A DNA stretch of 64,000 nt, from positions 370,978-434,977 of the forward strand of contig CAVSQW010000012.1 in the NCBI GenBank assembly GCA_963730185.1, given 5' to 3'. The notes under the pieces were generated by a model, which worked only from the letters and a program-made list of their open reading frames with translations, was not told the DNA's origin and did no database searches. This stretch comes from an uncultured Gemmatimonadales bacterium (lineage in GTDB: Bacteria > Gemmatimonadota > Gemmatimonadetes > Gemmatimonadales > GWC2-71-9). A program made the translations under genes and the position numbers. Positions 62,863-64,000 of this stretch are shown here, in pieces; the stretch's first letter is position 1, and the number at the start of each line of letters is the position of its first letter.

Positions 62863-63085
62863 TTAATGCGATTTTGGCTGCCGGTAAACAGTAATAGCAA
62901 CATCAGGGCAAACAAGTGCACAATTAACACAGCCGGTACAATTATCCTGAATTAATTCGGCAAACCTATAGCCCTTAATATTAATTTTGACTTGATAAAC
63001 CGAGACTTCACTGAGGACATGCAACAATGCAAAGTTCACATCCTTTGCAAATATCCTTGTCGATAATTACTGTTCCTCTAATCAT
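62863..63085 (-). CDS. 2x[4Fe-4S] ferredoxin (delta subunit of the oxidoreductase)
   Basis: Manual translation MIRGTVIIDKDICKGCELCIVACP ... CTGCVNCALVCPDVAITVYR; absent from the ORF track. Confidence 0.9.
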
Positions 63086-63514
63086 AATGGTAAACTTTAT
63101 TTATTATTTAATATTATTTGGAGATAAAAAATCAACATATATGCCAGAAGAAATTAATGAAGTTTAAGTTTCATAATCGAATAAAAGTCTAATATTTCAA
63201 CACAATTAATTATCAGATGCAAGAATAATTTTAGCAGATTGCTTCCTAAGTTCGAGAAGAAATAATGGGGTATTTTGTTTGAAAAAATTGGAAAACACAA
63301 ACTAGCGAAATACATTTTTTAAGTTACATTCAACCTTAAAATATGTATGGGTAAGAGATTTAGGTATGTTTTTTTGGTGAAATGATAAATATTAAGGGTT
63401 ATTATTTTTGTTCTCCATTCATATTATCTATTGCAAATTGAATAACTTACAGTTATTTTATCGTAAACATCCATATGTACCTATTCATTATTAATCTAAT
63501 CTTAAAAATCTTTA

Positions 63515-63901
63515 ATGATAAATGATCCTGTCACTATTCAGAATAAAAGTGTAATAATTATTGAAGATAGCTTTCTGCCAATTCTCTTAAACAAACTTTC
63601 CAAGCATGAAAATTTAATTAAAGATTTCGAATCTGCATTTTATGTATACTTACATTCTTTAAATAGTAATAAAGACGAAAAATTTGTAGCCGAAAATTTC
63701 AAAGTATTTCACGCTAAAATATTATTTATAATTGAAAATTATTTTTCGGCAATTTCCACACATACTTTTAATAAAGAATTTGAATCCTTCATTCATGAAT
63801 ATGATAATTTTCTTCCCGAAATAGAATCCATTCATAAAGCAGATCAAGTTGAAGAAAGATTTATTCAACTAAAAGATGATTCAACTCATATAAACTTTTA
63901 A
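63515..63901 (+). CDS. Hypothetical protein
   Basis: 128-aa ORF in AT-rich DNA, divergent from the oxidoreductase operon; no recognisable motif. Confidence 0.45.
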   Translation: MINDPVTIQNKSVIIIEDSFLPILLNKLSKHENLIKDFESAFYVYLHSLNSNKDEKFVAENFKVFHAKILFIIENYFSAISTHTFNKEFESFIHEYDNFLPEIESIHKADQVEERFIQLKDDSTHINF

Positions 63902-64000
63902 AAAGTTTTAAGAAGTTTTTTTATAATATCTCGCAAATTCCTACCACCACAAATAATCTCTTTAAAAACTATTTAAAAACCTTTAAAACCGAAAAAAATT

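Overview
The window has two compositionally incompatible parts joined abruptly near 49,870. Left (1-~49,870): very GC-rich (about 70% by eye), with a gene inventory resembling Gemmatimonadota/Acidobacteriota. It holds a >=14-heme cytochrome c / His-rich membrane protein / ferredoxin-flavoprotein cluster, an lva/ACAD10-like acyl-CoA cluster with TIGR03545/03546, coaA, panE, several exported peptidases and amidohydrolases, a GxxExxY nuclease-like gene bracketed by 9-bp-period palindromes, phoD, a CLC protein, PadR with two orphan ABC permeases, and GT-C-like membrane proteins. Right (~49,870-64,000): AT-rich (about 30-35% GC by eye), Ignavibacteria-like and full of single-base frameshifts. It holds a CBM9-like protein, FadL, a GWxTD protein, a LacI-controlled sugar ABC system, a GH92 remnant, tRNA-Lys, tRNA-fMet and a four-subunit 2-oxoacid:ferredoxin oxidoreductase operon. 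The junction fuses two truncated genes in frame and shows no mobility hallmarks, so a read or assembly chimera is most likely. The best candidates for poorly described systems are (i) the putative NAD(P)H-to-multiheme transmembrane electron conduit with a circularly permuted TrxR-like fold and (ii) the palindrome-flanked GxxExxY element. Taxonomy, family names and GC values come from motif recognition and visual estimate; no searches were run.
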